From the human T2T-CHM13v2.0 reference genome, Homo sapiens, in assembly GCF_009914755.1 (NCBI RefSeq), contig NC_060932.1: a stretch of 64,000 bases of DNA. One strand, given 5' to 3'. The notes under the pieces were generated by a model that did not search any database, was not told the DNA's origin, and was given only the letters and a program-made list of their open reading frames with translations. Shown piece after piece: positions 1 through 12,864 of this stretch (within the stretch, counting starts at the first letter, position 1; every line of letters begins with the position of its first letter). Made by a program: the position numbers and the translations under genes.

Positions 1-3000
1 GATAACTTGTTAGCTCAGGAATTATTTCTTTGGATGAATATGTTCATCATCAATTTACCATATGTAAATGTAAAAATCCATTTTCAAATATCAGGAGAAT
101 GTAAAAATGGGCCATGTATAAATTATTTGACATTAATCTTTAAAAATGATTTTGCTTTAATTTTAAGCCTTTTTTTGCTTTTATTCAAAGTAGCTCCTAT
201 AAAGGCTTACTCCTACTTATCACTGCAGCAAACCCAGTGACTATATTCCTGGCAAATAAGGAACACTGTATAATCTAAGGTAGAGATTTGCCTTGCATTG
301 GCTGTGATCTTGGTTTCAATGTACTATTTTCTCATAATGTTCCAATCAACTGGTTGATCTGATACAGTTAATCAACCAATTAGTAAAAATGGGTGTATAA
401 ATTGACAGATTATTAGAATGATTTTATTCATCAGTACAATATAATTCAAACTAAATGTTTAGAAGACACATGGCTATCCACCCAGACTGTAATTTTAACA
501 TCCTCAATAGTGCTGTACTGGGTCTTTCTACAACAGGCCCCTTGCACCACTTTCCCCACCAATGCCTTGTTTATTACAGACAATCAATAATTACTGAACT
601 ATATAAATAATATGATATTGTATCGGTGACCCTAACACCTCATATTTACTGAATCTGATTTCTGCACTTCTATATAACCAGGAGTGTTCCTTGGATCTAC
701 TCACAATTCTCTCAACTGTGAAAAAAAAAAAACCCAGCGTGAGAATCAAAATCATATGAAATAAAATGAAAAAAGGTGTTTCTCTCAGAAACACTAAGCT
801 TCAATTCTGTAATAAATGTTAACAAAAGAAACAATATGAAAAAAATTAAAGTGGCCCAAAAGACAGATTATAAGGTTATGTAGTTGATGTCAAAAATCAA
901 CTGGATATCATTTATCCACAGGTACTGAATACTTGCTAAATGCCAAATACTGCTGGGTGTTGATAATATAAAGGTCTCAAGTAAGGACAAGTTACCAGTT
1001 GTAGATGTAGCATGTAATGGTGGTGGTAGTGGTGATAGTAGTGTAGGAAGTAGTAATAGTAATAATAATTGTAATGAGTTTGATAATTTTACAAAAATTG
1101 ATTGGATATTATTAGACTCTAAGAACAAAGCTGTCAGATAGGGTGGCTCTTATTAATCCTCATGTTTCACATAAGCAAAATAAGTGTCATAATTATGGGT
1201 ATACAGCAATAATATACTAATTCCATGAAGAAACAAAACTAGGGAAGAGAAAAGGTTAATAAAACTAACTTAAAATGCAAAATGAAGGTCCATGGCCAGC
1301 CAGCAGGAAAAAAAAAAAAAAAATCATAGCAGAAAATCTCAGCATAGGGCAAAGACAATGAGAACAATAAAAGTGAATTGATGCGAAATTAAGCTCTTCG
1401 GGCTTCTGCCTCATTGCACATCAAATTGAACCTTTAGCCTGGGGATGGGCAAGTCCAGTTTCAGGGTGCACTGGGTCAGTGGGTTACTACTCTATTTGCA
1501 TCAGCCCAGAAATCTCATTTATCAGCCCAGTCCCATCAACTAGGCTCTGAAATACGTTGGAACAAAAAGAGGAAAATCAGGGCAACTGCATTTTCCTCAG
1601 AGCAAGGAGATATGTAAATGGCTTAAATGCAAACTCATGTTTTATTTATCATGTTTCAAGTGATAAAATTTTAAGGGATACATCAAATAAGGCAGATAAG
1701 TCACGTTAATGGCCCTGGGTATTAGTGCTTTGTTTTATCTCCAGCTTTCCTTCATAGCATCATTTAACCTCCATGTTCCCTTGTCTACACTAGAAAGAAA
1801 AGCCTAATTTGTTTCTTTACTAGGACTTATAGGAGAAATAATAAAAATGATTGAAAAGGACATTTTAAAAATAATGTATTTTAAAATGCTTATGTCATAT
1901 ATATAACCAACAGGCACAAAGATTAAGACCTCAAAGGAACAAGAAGCCCAGAATTTAAGACACTAAATGAGGGAGGCCAAAATCAGAAGGCATACTAGAT
2001 GACCAAGACAGAGCAGGGCTACCACCCCTGGTGAATGTAGCCAGCAAGAATCCACATGCCCTGAATGAGATTAGAACATTTTTGTTGAGCATAGAAACCT
2101 TTCCAGAAGTTACTCATTCCGCTACTGCATGATCCTAATCATTTTACAGTTGGGAAAAAAACTGTGTCTTCCTGCCTGCCATTCTTAAGCAGTAGGAATT
2201 AAATATAGTCCATGGCAAATCTATAAAATTGTAGTTATAACACATGTTGAAATTATACCAAATGAAGAGATGTCATGACAAGTGCAATAGGAAAAAAATG
2301 GTGTTATTTATGAAAATGGGAAAATGGAGGAATTTTCAGTCCTCTGAAGGGGAGGGAAGGCTGACCCATCAGGCAGCATTTTTTCATTGTTCGTGGCAGT
2401 ACAGCATGCATCAGATAAATTTGCTTATCCAGGATATGTCAGCATAAAGGTAATCTCTATTAAGACCATCCCACCTTTGGAGCACAGGCTGGGAGTTCAA
2501 GGGAACTGGATTCAAACCATATTTTCTCTGATTATGCCTCCAATTCGGCCTGGCCCTGGTGGTCCACTCCACCCATGCTGGAGAATCACCTTATAACATC
2601 TCCCCCCAAGCCAGCCAGTCTTGACCAGACATGTGACACAAGAGTAGGTCAGGATGGCAAATTTCAGGGTCACTTGCTATGTAACTGTTTTTCAGGTTAG
2701 CCAAAGGGAATCCCAAAACAGAGTATGGAGCTCCTTTCTGCTCTTAATAAGACCTTCACTTATGTAGTGCAAATATAAAGCCCAGTGCTTTCCTGTCTCT
2801 ATTATGCTTATACTCTTTCTCTCTTTTTTTTGGTAAAGCTTTTGGTCTAGTCTGCCAATTTTGGCTCTTGAGTTGTCAAAGTGGAAGATAAATAAATGTA
2901 AAGTTTTTCTCAAGACGTTCAAAGCTTTTAAAACTATTATCATCTTGCTGTAGTCTTATTTTGAAAGTTAGTATCTTTCTTATAGCTTTCCTACTAGAGA

Positions 3001-3089
3001 ACAGATTATAACCATTAGTCTCAATCTCTAGGCACACTGGAATAAGGGTTAGGTGCTCGGGAAGACAAAAGAAATAAGTACATTAATAA

Positions 3090-3765
3090 TTATCAAAGAA
3101 CACAAAATTTCAGTTAGATAGGAGGAATAAATTTAAGAGATCCATTTTACAACATGGTAACCATAGTTAATGACAATGTATTGTATATTTGAAAATAGAT
3201 GAGAGTAGATTTTTATGTGTTCTCACCACAAAAAAAGATAAAAACAGAAGATAATGCATATATTAATTAGCTCAAATTAGCTATTGTACAAAAGCCCAGC
3301 ACAGAAAAACAAATATTGCATAATTGTATATGTGGAATCTAAAAAAGTCAAACTTATAGTAGTTGAGAGTAGAATGGTGGTTGCCAGTGGCTAGGGGAGG
3401 AGGGAGAATGGGGAGACAAAAGATATTAATCAATGAGTACAAATTTTTAGCTAGGTAGGAGGAAAACACTTTACTGATTTATCACAGAGAAAGGTAACTG
3501 TAATAAATAGTAATGCATTCTATATTTCAAAATTTCTAAGAGTAGATTTTAAGTGTTTTCATCACAAATAATAGGAATTTGAAGTGATAAATTTATTAAT
3601 TGGCTTGATTTAATCATTTCACATGAAAACACATCAAAACATCATATTGTACTTCATAAATACACTAAATATTATTTGTCAATTAAAAATAAAATTTTTG
3701 AAGCACCATACTGTACATCATATATTTAATTTTTATTGGCTGATTAAAAATAAATAATAAAATAG
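3090..3765 (+). mobile_element. Two nested L1MA-type LINE-1 3' ends (inner ~3291-3697 inside outer ~3090-3290 + ~3698-3765)
   Basis: The L1MA 3'UTR motifs 'aaaatttcagttagataggaggaataa...gagtagatttt...gttctcaccacaaaaa' occur twice; the outer copy's terminal segment resumes after the inner copy's A-rich end. Confidence 0.75.
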
Positions 3766-3784
3766 TAATTTTTTAAAATATCCT

Positions 3785-3860
3785 CTATTACATGTAAAAA
3801 CACTTATCACAGTGCCTGGAATATGTTAATTATTCAATAAATCACACCTATTGCTATTTT
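3785..3860 (+). mobile_element. MIR SINE 3' fragment
   Basis: 'atgtaaaaacacttatcacagtgcctgg...tcaataaat' resembles the MIR 3' end. Confidence 0.6.
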
Positions 3861-4103
3861 TAAACTAATCTTTCTATCAGTATTTAATATTAATTCCAAT
3901 TTAGTTCTCATCAGTCAGTATAAGTATCTTGAAATTGTGATATGAGTAGTTATCTTTTCTTGCAAATTAATACCTAAGCTATCATTCCTTGTTCATTTTA
4001 TTTAGATTGAAACACCTTCTAGAGCCTGATCTGCCTCCTGTGTGCTGACACAATCACAGTGTGTGAACTCTGAGACTGGAGACAGGAAGCAGAGATGTCA
4101 GAG

Positions 4104-4230
4104 CAGCCCCTTGGGATGAGTGAATTCCAAGTCAAACTCTCCTAGCCAGCACCCACACTTATGACAATTGGCCTAAGGACTGATCAAAGGCTGCCCTCTG
4201 CCTTGGTCTGATATGCCCTGCTGAATGGCA
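4104..4230 (+). repeat. Copy A of an unassigned 127-bp direct duplication (copy B at 5712-5838)
   Basis: Gap-free manual alignment to 5712-5838 with about 23 mismatches in 127 nt. Confidence 0.9.
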
Positions 4231-5477
4231 AAAGAAGTTGTATAGATTATTCAAAGATGTTTTGGGAGCCAAGATGAATCTGGAATTACCTCAGAGATGC
4301 CTCTGTAAGTGGCCAAAACTGCTGATTGTTTTAGAGAGACAATGATTATTGAAAAAGAGAGCTGTGTTCCTGAAATATTTATTCCACGAGGGTATCCTGC
4401 CTCCAGAGATCATGTTTTTGATGCTTTATGAAAATAGAAATATTGGTGATGGAAAGAAATTATCTAATAAGGAAACCTACCTTGTGTTGGTGTAAATCTG
4501 AGCTCTAACTTGAGATGCTCCTACACTGCAGGGAAGAGGCAAGCGTGACAAGGCAGACAAGACATCCAGGGGTGTGACAGTAACGAGACGTGCAGGAAAC
4601 ACAGACCCTCTGCCCTTCATGTGTCAGAATAGGTCAGTGTGACATAAAGTGGTTTTCCCAGTAGTCTGGATCAGCATTCAAGCCTGGTCTTCCAAGAGGA
4701 AACTGTGTTATTGTCATGAGCACTTCCTATGGCAATCTGTTAATCTCCATTTGGATTAATTATGGTTGTAGGAAAGGCTTCACCCCACTAGCGAACTATA
4801 TCAAAAATTCCCACAAGGCTATCTGCATTATTATTGCTTGTCTCGTTTGTTCACTCATTCTTTAGCTTGCCTTGAGACATACCCAATGGGTTATCCTGAG
4901 GCAGACATTTCCAGAAAGCCCACTATAGCTTTTAAAGTAGCTGAATGAAAAGCTCTGCTCAGGGCCAATCTCTGTATCCCCCTCTGAGTATACGGATGCT
5001 TGTATCACATTCTGACACCGCATTACAATTCTCTTCCTGTGCTTTTCTCCCTTTAGGTCATATGTCTGAATGGAAATGAATTATGGATAGAAAAGGAATC
5101 AAAGATGATGTGAAATGCATTTTAAATCTTTGTCTTTATGAAAACAACTTTACTGTAAAGCATAGCTGCAGAGGGCAAGGAGGAAAGTGGCTGGCCTGCC
5201 CATACCACTTTCCCAAATTAATTTTTATCCTTCTTTTGACAAATTCTGCAGTAAAATAAAATTTAACTTGCCAATTAATGGAAAGTTATCAAGAATGAGC
5301 AAGTCACACTTATAAAATAAGATATACCTGAAAACCTCCTCCCTGTGGTAGCTTGAAGTACTGAAGGCAGACTCTTACCCAAAAAAGTACATGCTATAGA
5401 AAGAGACTAAGCTTTGTACAAAATACCTCTTTGAAAAGGGGGTGCCTGAACTCCCCCCCTGAAATTCTTTTGAGCTG

Positions 5478-5660
5478 AAGTTTTCAAACTTTTGCTTGCA
5501 TTAAAAGGACTTGGAGGGCTCCTCAAAATGCAGCTGACTGAACTACACCTCTAGAGTTTCTGATTTAGTTAACTTGGATAGGAACAATGAACTGGCAATT
5601 TTAACAATTGCTTGGGGATGCTGATGCAGCCGATCTAGGTACACAGGGAGAGAACCATGG
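5478..5660. mobile_element. MER5-type hAT-Charlie DNA transposon fossil
   Basis: 'ttttcaaactt...gcatta...agagtttctgatttagt...ttttaacaa...ggggatgctgatgcagc...gagaacca' follows the MER5A layout. Confidence 0.7.
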
Positions 5661-5711
5661 AGATAGAAGGATATGCCTGGTCCAGTTCACACCATAACTC
5701 ACTTCTCTGAA

Positions 5712-5838
5712 CAGCCCCTTGGGACTGCTGAATTCCAGGTCAGACTCTCCTAGGCTACACCCACTGTTACAACAATTGGTCTAAGGACCAGCCAAGGGCT
5801 GCTCTCTGCCTTGGTCTGATATGTTCTGCTGAATAGCA
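5712..5838 (+). repeat. Copy B of the 127-bp direct duplication
   Basis: Aligns without gaps to 4104-4230 at an offset of 1608 bp. Confidence 0.9.
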
Positions 5839-6411
5839 GGCAAAGTTGAGTCTCCAGAGTGATTTAGCAGGAGGAGTACTAATTGATCTTATTTGGAAAA
5901 ACATTGGAACAGGTTCAGCTCAGCTGTTTCTTCTTTTTATTTGAGCTTAGCAGGAGAGGTTCTTTCTTTCTTTCTGAGAAAGGGTCAGGAAGTCCAATAC
6001 TGAAACAATTAGAGAACTATCAAAGCATGGTTTCCAAAATTTAAAAATCTGGATTTACTGCAAATACACAGTTAACATACATCAAAGATTCACTTAAGAC
6101 AATAATGAAGAAAATAGGAGTTGGTAAGGCTGGTTCAAAGGAATATAAGAGAGATTAAAGTATTTATAGCTAATGAAAGAGAAAATCCAGAAATAAGATT
6201 GCAATGTGAGATTAAAAAGTGATTAATGTCCTGTAGTGCAATCAAACTGTAACAATTGGGATTATCTTTTCTACTGGGGAGAAAACTATTACATGTCTTT
6301 TAGACAAAAATCATGTGCAACATATAAATCTATAAGTTAATATTTTACTTCAGAGTCTAGGCCTTAAACCATGGTAAATGGTAAATCAAACAAAACTACA
6401 TTCCTCTGGAG

Positions 6412-6582
6412 CAAGGGTTGGCAAACAGCAACCAGCGGATCAAAGCCGATCCACTATCTGTTTTTGTTTTTAATAAAATAAAATAAAATTTACTGAAACA
6501 GCCACACTCATCCATCATATAAGTTTATAGCTGCTTTTCATTGACAATGATGAGAATTCAATAATCCCAACATGGACTTATG
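6412..6582 (+). mobile_element. MER58A-like DNA transposon, partial
   Basis: 'caagggttggcaaac...ctgtttttg...aataaa...aacagccacactcat...gctgctttt' matches the MER58 5' half. Confidence 0.7.
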
Positions 6583-6780
6583 ACAATGCTCCAGTATGAC
6601 ATTTAAAGTTCATGTGGTCATTCTTTCATTTTATTTCCAAGTTTAGATAGAGTTTCAAAACAAGTAAGAACTTAAAGCAAGCATAATCCCAATAGGAGTT
6701 TATAAAAGGTCATTGTGCTGGATTTGTACTGTATCATCTTAGCTAAGCTAAAACTAAATATTCTAGAATCCCCTTTCCTG

Positions 6781-7325
6781 GGACCAAGATGGTCCTCAGC
6801 TTAACTAAACTTTAGACAGGCTTCCCCCTGATTCTTGTCCTGGTCTTTTTTTTTCTTAGAGTTTCTATGTTAGAAAACTTGCGATTGTGAATTCTTTCTC
6901 CGCCCCTTTGATATGTAAATCTTTTATAAAGCTTCTTGCCAGTTTTACAATGGAAAACTGTCCTTCTCAAAGACGTGGAAGCCGTACTTTTGAAATATAA
7001 TCATCAAGAAAGTTAGCATCCTTATTGCCCAGTCTCTGTGGAAGAGTAGGAGCTTAGCTTCAGTGGGCACCTTGGTCTGAGTTGTAAAACTACCTCCTGT
7101 CATGAAGATAAGAGAAAACTTACTTTTCCTTTGGGTAAAGCCAATTAGTAAACACAGGTGGCCTATGATTCCCCACCCTATCCCCAGCTCTTAAAATCTC
7201 TCCCACTATTTGTTTCAGTGTAGTTGACTTCAGATTGAGTCCTGATTTCTCTCTCCTATTGGAATAGCGTTGAATAAAATATTTTTTGCCTGTTTTATAT
7301 AGTCTGATATACTTTTTGCTTGGAC
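6781..7325 (+). mobile_element. ERV1 solo LTR (MER67/MER31 family) nested in the ERVL 5' LTR
   Basis: 'actaaactttagacagg...ttagaaaacttg...gcccctttga.atgtaaatctt...gccaattag.aaacaca..tggccta...aataaa' is typical of MER31/MER67 LTRs; the host LTR resumes near 7520. Confidence 0.7.
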
Positions 7326-7326
7326 T

Positions 7327-7513
7327 ATTAATAATATTTCCTTGGACTAGTATTATTAATATTATTAATATTATTTATATATTAATATAAATAATATTAA
7401 TTAAATATTAATTAAATAATATTAATATTAATTAAATATTAATTAATATTAATATATTAATAATATTTCCTTGGACTAGTAATATTTGCTTGCACTAGTA
7501 ATAATATTTCCTT
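7327..7513. repeat. A/T-only palindromic tract flanked by repeated 'aataatatttccttggactagta' units
   Basis: 7351-7468 contains only A/T, with a perfect inverted repeat at 7364-7380/7385-7401. Confidence 0.9.
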
Positions 7514-8699
7514 ATTACTATGGTCCACAAGAGAGATTTTGCTTGATATTTGGAAGGCAGAAGTGAGACAACAGCCATATTCTTCTTATAGTTGGTCAGG
7601 GCTGGGCATTAAATGCTGTTGCAGCTTTTTCTTCAGCTCCTGTTGAATCTCCTTCTTCGTTGTTAATAAAGTTTTGGTTAGTTTTACAACCAAACCAGCA
7701 GGAGCTGGGATTGCAAGAGCTCAAACTCCTGCCAGCTCTCCATTCATTCTCCCAATCTTGGGTATGTGCTTCTTTGGCTAATTACTACTATCATTGAAGT
7801 CAGAGGCTTGGTTGGGGGTGGTGAGAGAGAGATGTATATACCAGCTCATCCTTATTGATTCTGTTTATCCTTGCCACCTCATTTCATTATCTGTCTTTTG
7901 TTTTTTATCCCCTACTCTGCTATCTTTAGGCCCAGAACCAGACATGAAAACAACAGCTGTACAAAAACTGTTTAACCAAATCCTGCTATTGCACACTTTA
8001 ATGGCAACTGAATCAAAGCAGAAGTCAAAATGGTCTAATTAGTTAGTTGATTGCACAATCCTAAAATTGAAATAGATGAGCAGCATACTAAAGTCTTACC
8101 TGTTTGTATACACAGAAGAACTTTTAATGTACAGAAGCCTGACTTAAATTATTAGAATTGAGGAATTACACCCTTCAACAAATTTCCAGATGTGAACTGG
8201 TTGCAGATATAGAGTTCCTTAAATGAAGGGAGGGTCAGGTGCCCTTGTGGAAGAACCCTATTACACAGATGAAAATTTATAATACAAATCTTCCAGCCTT
8301 CCCCCAAAGGGATGTGAAGGTTTTTGCCAGAGTAATTGTGCATCATAGAAGAGGAAATAATCATACTTTTGAGGGATTGCTAGACATTGTCTCTAAATAT
8401 AAATGAATTCTTAGGGACCAACATGTCACCATGGTATACCAGTAACAGTAAAGTTGATAGAGGTCTGAGATTACCAGAGTTTTGGCTTGGGTCTATCTCA
8501 TGGTGGACCAGTGAGTCTCTAAACTCACCCTGTGGGTAATTTCCCAGATTTCATAATGCATGATTGGAATAGATATACACAGAAACTGGCAGAATTTCTG
8601 CTTTGGTCTTCTGACCTGTAGAGTGAAGCTAACATGTTGGGGAAAGCCAAGTAGAAGTCACTTAACAGTACCAAATAGTACCATTTAGAACCATCTAAA

Positions 8700-9200
8700 T
8701 CGTAAACCGAAACAAATATTGCATTCTGGAGGGAATGGAAAGATTAGTACCACCATGAAAAACTTAAAAGATGCAAGGGAGGTGATTCCTACCACACATT
8801 GTATTTAACTTGTCTATTTGGCCTGTGTGGAAGACAGATGGATCTTGGATAATGACAGTGGATTTCCATAAACTTAACCAGATGGCAAGTCCAATTGCAT
8901 TTGCTCTTTCAGAGGTGGTTTTGTCACTAGAGCAAAACAACATATTCCCTGGCATATGGTATGGGCCTATTGACCTGGCAAATGTTCTCTGTTTCTTACC
9001 TGTTAGCAAAGTCCATCAGAAGTAGTTTACTTCCACCTGCTTAAGCCAACAATACATCATCACTATCCTACTTCAGGGCTGTATGAATTCACCAGCCTTA
9101 TGCTATAATTTAGTCTTTAGGGACCTTGATTGACTCTACATTCAGTAGATTTACATAACAATCCATCTTATTTAAAATATATAGCTGATTGGGCAGAACA
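8700..9200 (+). pseudogene. ERVL pol reverse-transcriptase remnant
   Basis: ORF 8810-9025 (SIWPVWKTDGSWIMTVDFHKLNQ...WYGPIDLAN) resembles ERVL RT ([23 protein letters not shown]...WYAAIDLANAFF); broken by stops and frameshifts. Confidence 0.85.
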
Positions 9201-10299
9201 ACTACTCTAAGCATTGTCTGTAAACATCTTAGCCAATGGATAAGAATTAAATTCCACAAAAGTTCAGGGAAACATCCACTTCATTAAATTTTTAGGCATT
9301 AAATTTATCTAAGGTATGTCAAGATATTCCTTCCAAAATGGCAAATTGCTGCATCTGACCTCTTCCACTACTAAAGAAAGAACACTAATTGGATTCTTTT
9401 GAATGTTGGATGCAAAATATCCCTCATTTGGACATGTTACTCTGACCCATTTACCTAGGAACTAAAAAATTTTTCAGTGTTGGTGGAGGTCCAGAACATT
9501 AGAAGGTCCCACAACATGTACAGAATGCTGGGCAAATTGTTCTATCATTTAGGCTATGGGACCCATGAGATATGGCCATACTCGAAGCATCTTTCTCAAA
9601 TAGGAAGAATACACAATCTTCAGCAGTCCTCAAAAGTGATTCATATTCACAAAGACTCAGGATTTTGAAGCAAAGCTATTCTTTCTTTTGCAGATAATTA
9701 TTGTCCTTTTGTAAAACAGTTCTGACTTGCTACCAGGCCTTAATAGGAACCTACCAACTAACCATTGACCACCAAGTTACCTTGTGAAATGAACTACACA
9801 TCTGGGTGTTGTCTGGCCCACCAATCGGTAATGTTGAGAAAGCAAATTAAGTAGCATTTCATCATCAAATGAAAATGGTAGATGACATTGAGCTTGGTTT
9901 CTGAAGATCCAAGTAAGTTGTATAAGCAAGTGGCCCAAATGCCCATGGCCCATTTTTGTTCTATATTGCCTCCTCCTTATCAATCACAGCCTCCTTCTCA
10001 AACATGGAGAGTTGATTGAGAAAGAAAAAAAAAAGTGCCTGTTTAAACGTAGTTCTCCATGATATACTGCCTCTACCCAAAGATGGATAGCTACAACACA
10101 ACAGCCACTTTCTAGTACATCTCTGAGGTACAGAGGAAGGAAAACCCATCTAGTGGTCAGAATTTTGAGCAATATATACCTGATTGTTTATTTTGCCTGA
10201 GAGGAGAGGTGAGCAGAACTATGGATCTACACTTATTCAAGGGCAACCTCTAATGATTTGGTAGGATAATTAGGGACTTGGAAAAAAAAAAACATAGTT

Positions 10300-11000
10300 A
10301 ATGACAAAGAGGTCTAGAGAAGAAACATGTGGATGAATCTCTCCAAATAGGCACATGGTGTGAAGATACATGTATCAAATGCAAATGTTCACCAAAAAGC
10401 ATTTTCACTACAAGATCTTAATAATCAGTTAGACAAGATGACTCATTCAGTAGACATTAGTCAGTCTCTTTCCTTAGCCAATGAGCTCATGAATGAAGTG
10501 GCCATTATGGCAGAAACAAAGGTTTTCCATCTGCTAGAGCCACTGCTACAGTGGTTACAGCTGGTGCTGTGAATCTACTCTGCCAGCAGAGACTTCAATA
10601 TGATACCATTTCCCAGGGTATCAGTGAGCCACCAACTGGAAAGTTGATAACAAACAATCACTTCTATCATGAAAGGATAGCATTTTGTTTTCACTGGAAT
10701 AGACACATCCTGGATACTGATTTCCCATCCCTGCCTGCAGTGCCTCCAGCAAAACCTCCATCTGTGCATCCAAGGAATTCCTTTTACACATCTTGGTATT
10801 TGTCACAGCATTGCTCTGAACAAGAAACTCATAGCAAATGAAGTGTGACAATTGACTCAGGTCCATGGAATTCACTTGTCTTCCACATTCCCCATCACCC
10901 TGAAGCAGCTGGCCTGGTGGAATGGTGGAATAGCATTTTGAAGTCTCAGTCATAGCACCAGCTAGGTGACAACACTGATGGGTTTGAGTCATGTCCTCAG
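10300..11000 (+). pseudogene. ERVL RNase H/integrase remnant
   Basis: ORF 10360 (KIHVSNANVHQ...NNQLDKMTHSV) and 'ccccatcaccctgaagcagctggcctggtggaatggtggaat' (PHHPEAAGLVEWWN) resemble ERVL pol and integrase. Confidence 0.75.
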
Positions 11001-11149
11001 GAAGCAGCAAATTAGCAAGCAGGAACAGTAATCAGCTGTCTCTTCCATAGGCAGTCTTGGAATTAAGGATGGAAATGGAAGTGGCATCTTTTACTATTAC
11101 TGCAAGTAACCTAGGAAAAACTTTGCTTCCCAGCCATTAAACTCTGGGT

Positions 11150-11370
11150 TTTGTTGTTCTAAAAGTCTTAGTTTCCAAGAAAATAGAGCTTCCACCACTA
11201 GGTGACAAAGTAAATGTTTTATTACATTTAAATTGGAGACTTCTACCTGGACACTTTGGATTCATGTCATGAATCAACAAGTTAAAAAAGGTGATGTCAC
11301 TGTAATTGGAAGGTTGATTATTTCTGACTAGGAAAAATTAGGTTGCTGCTACACAATAAGGAGTAAGTCT
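11150..11370 (+). pseudogene. ERVL dUTPase remnant
   Basis: Frameshifted peptides WRLLPGHFG, NQQVKKG-VTV and LLLHN resemble the dUTPase downstream of ERVL integrase. Confidence 0.7.
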
Positions 11371-12864
11371 GTAATTCAGAATATATTTTTGTATATACAC
11401 ACATATATAAGCCACTTTTTATCCTTCCTCTTCTATTTTTATTATCTAACAGAATAAAGAAGTATGAATAGTAATTAACCTTAAATATGTTTTTAAGTTA
11501 CAGACTACCAAAGGGGAAATATAACTCTGCTACAAGATGAAAAAGAAAATGTATATCTTCCAATATGGAAGAGTCTTTCAGTTTTAGAAGGGATAGCTAT
11601 ATCGTGTTAGGCAGAAGCATTATTTTGCTTGTGTCTTTATTTGACAGTTAAATTAAGAATGGCTAAAAGCAGTATATATAAATGCCATGTTGCAAGGGGT
11701 AGAATGTAGATAATTTTTGCTGCACCAATTCACCTAAGCATTCCAGGGTTTTCTTATCTTCATGGTTCCTGGTTAATGTGGGCCACATAGATATAATGCA
11801 TGATGTCTCAGAAGCAGAACTGAAATTCAGAAGCAGCCATGTCCAGTTTATGCTCAGAAGGTCAACGCTGGCACTAGGCCCTGTTGCCACTCACACTTGT
11901 CATCCATGATCTGGCTCTCCTGGGTGGTATGGAAAAGTAGCAGTCAGGCTCATAGCTTTTCTAGCTCCAACTGGACCCCTTTATCCCTTTATGCTTCTCT
12001 AAATCTTGGCCAGTGCTTGTTTAACTCTGTGATGAAGAGTACCAGCCTTTCTTCAGGTCTCCCATCATTAAGGGCTTGTTGATGGTAAGAGACCTGTAGA
12101 GGTCCTGTTGTCCTGTGGATTCTGTTGTTCTGTGGGTTCTGTTGCCCATGTCCTCTGCTTGTCTATTTTTCCTTCCTCACTGTCTGATCTGCTAACTTCA
12201 TTCCCAGAACCAGATGAAGAACCAATAGATGTACATAAGGTGTTTAACCAGCTGTCACAATCATGTATGATCAAATTCCTATTTTTTAAAATCCCATATT
12301 CTGTATCATTCCCAATGGCTATGTTTTTCTAATCAAAATCTAACTAATACATGATCAATAGATGTGAATTAGAATCATTGGAGGAATACCAATATAGGAG
12401 ATCGGTTTTAAGTTGAAATGTGAAAGAAAATATTTAAAAGGGCAAAATGTACATCCCCAAATGAGAGGAAATACTATTTTTTGAATGCATAAAATACATA
12501 GAATACAATGAATAGTGAGTTGTATACCTATGAAGAAAATAAAATATGTGAGAGAGGTAAAAATACTTTGATATAGGTGAGGGGATCAAAATGTAGCAAA
12601 CCATGAAATTCATACCAAGAAATTTTTACTTCTTATGGTGAGCAATCAGTAAGATAGGTTAATGCATAGCATTGTTACAGGGGCTGAAGTGGCTAAAACC
12701 TGAGAAGCCAGCCTTTGAAAGTCCTATTAGAAAGCCCAAGACAGAGGGAGGTAACAATATTTTCTTAGGGGCAAAGCCAAGGATGATGTGCTAAGACATG
12801 ACTGGAAGAAATGTGAGTCCAGAAGTAGAGCAATCATTCTCCAAGATTAGAACTATTTTAATAA

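Larger units (their letters stand above)
6714..12351 (+). mobile_element. Decayed ERVL (class III) provirus: interrupted 5' LTR (~6714-6780 + ~7520-7985), internal region ~7990-11704, 3' LTR 11705-12351 (LTR33/LTR41-like)
   Basis: The LTR-like segments share motifs (ccaca.gaga...gaa.gcagaa.tga...cagccat; tgtttaacca). A purine tract 'caaggggtagaa' precedes TG at 11705 and the end reads '...ctaactaataca'. The interior has ERVL pol and dUTPase remnants. No TSD discernible. Confidence 0.8.

Noticed and set aside
1494-1503. Overlapping octamer (ATTTGCAT) and C/EBP-ATF (TTGCATCA) motif
   Set aside because: A single short motif is expected by chance in 64 kb of AT-rich DNA.
4090-4230. H/ACA snoRNA or coding-exon reading of the 127-bp duplicate
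   Set aside because: H and ACA boxes are not both present in either copy, and the frames I checked contain stops. Kept only as an unexplained duplication.
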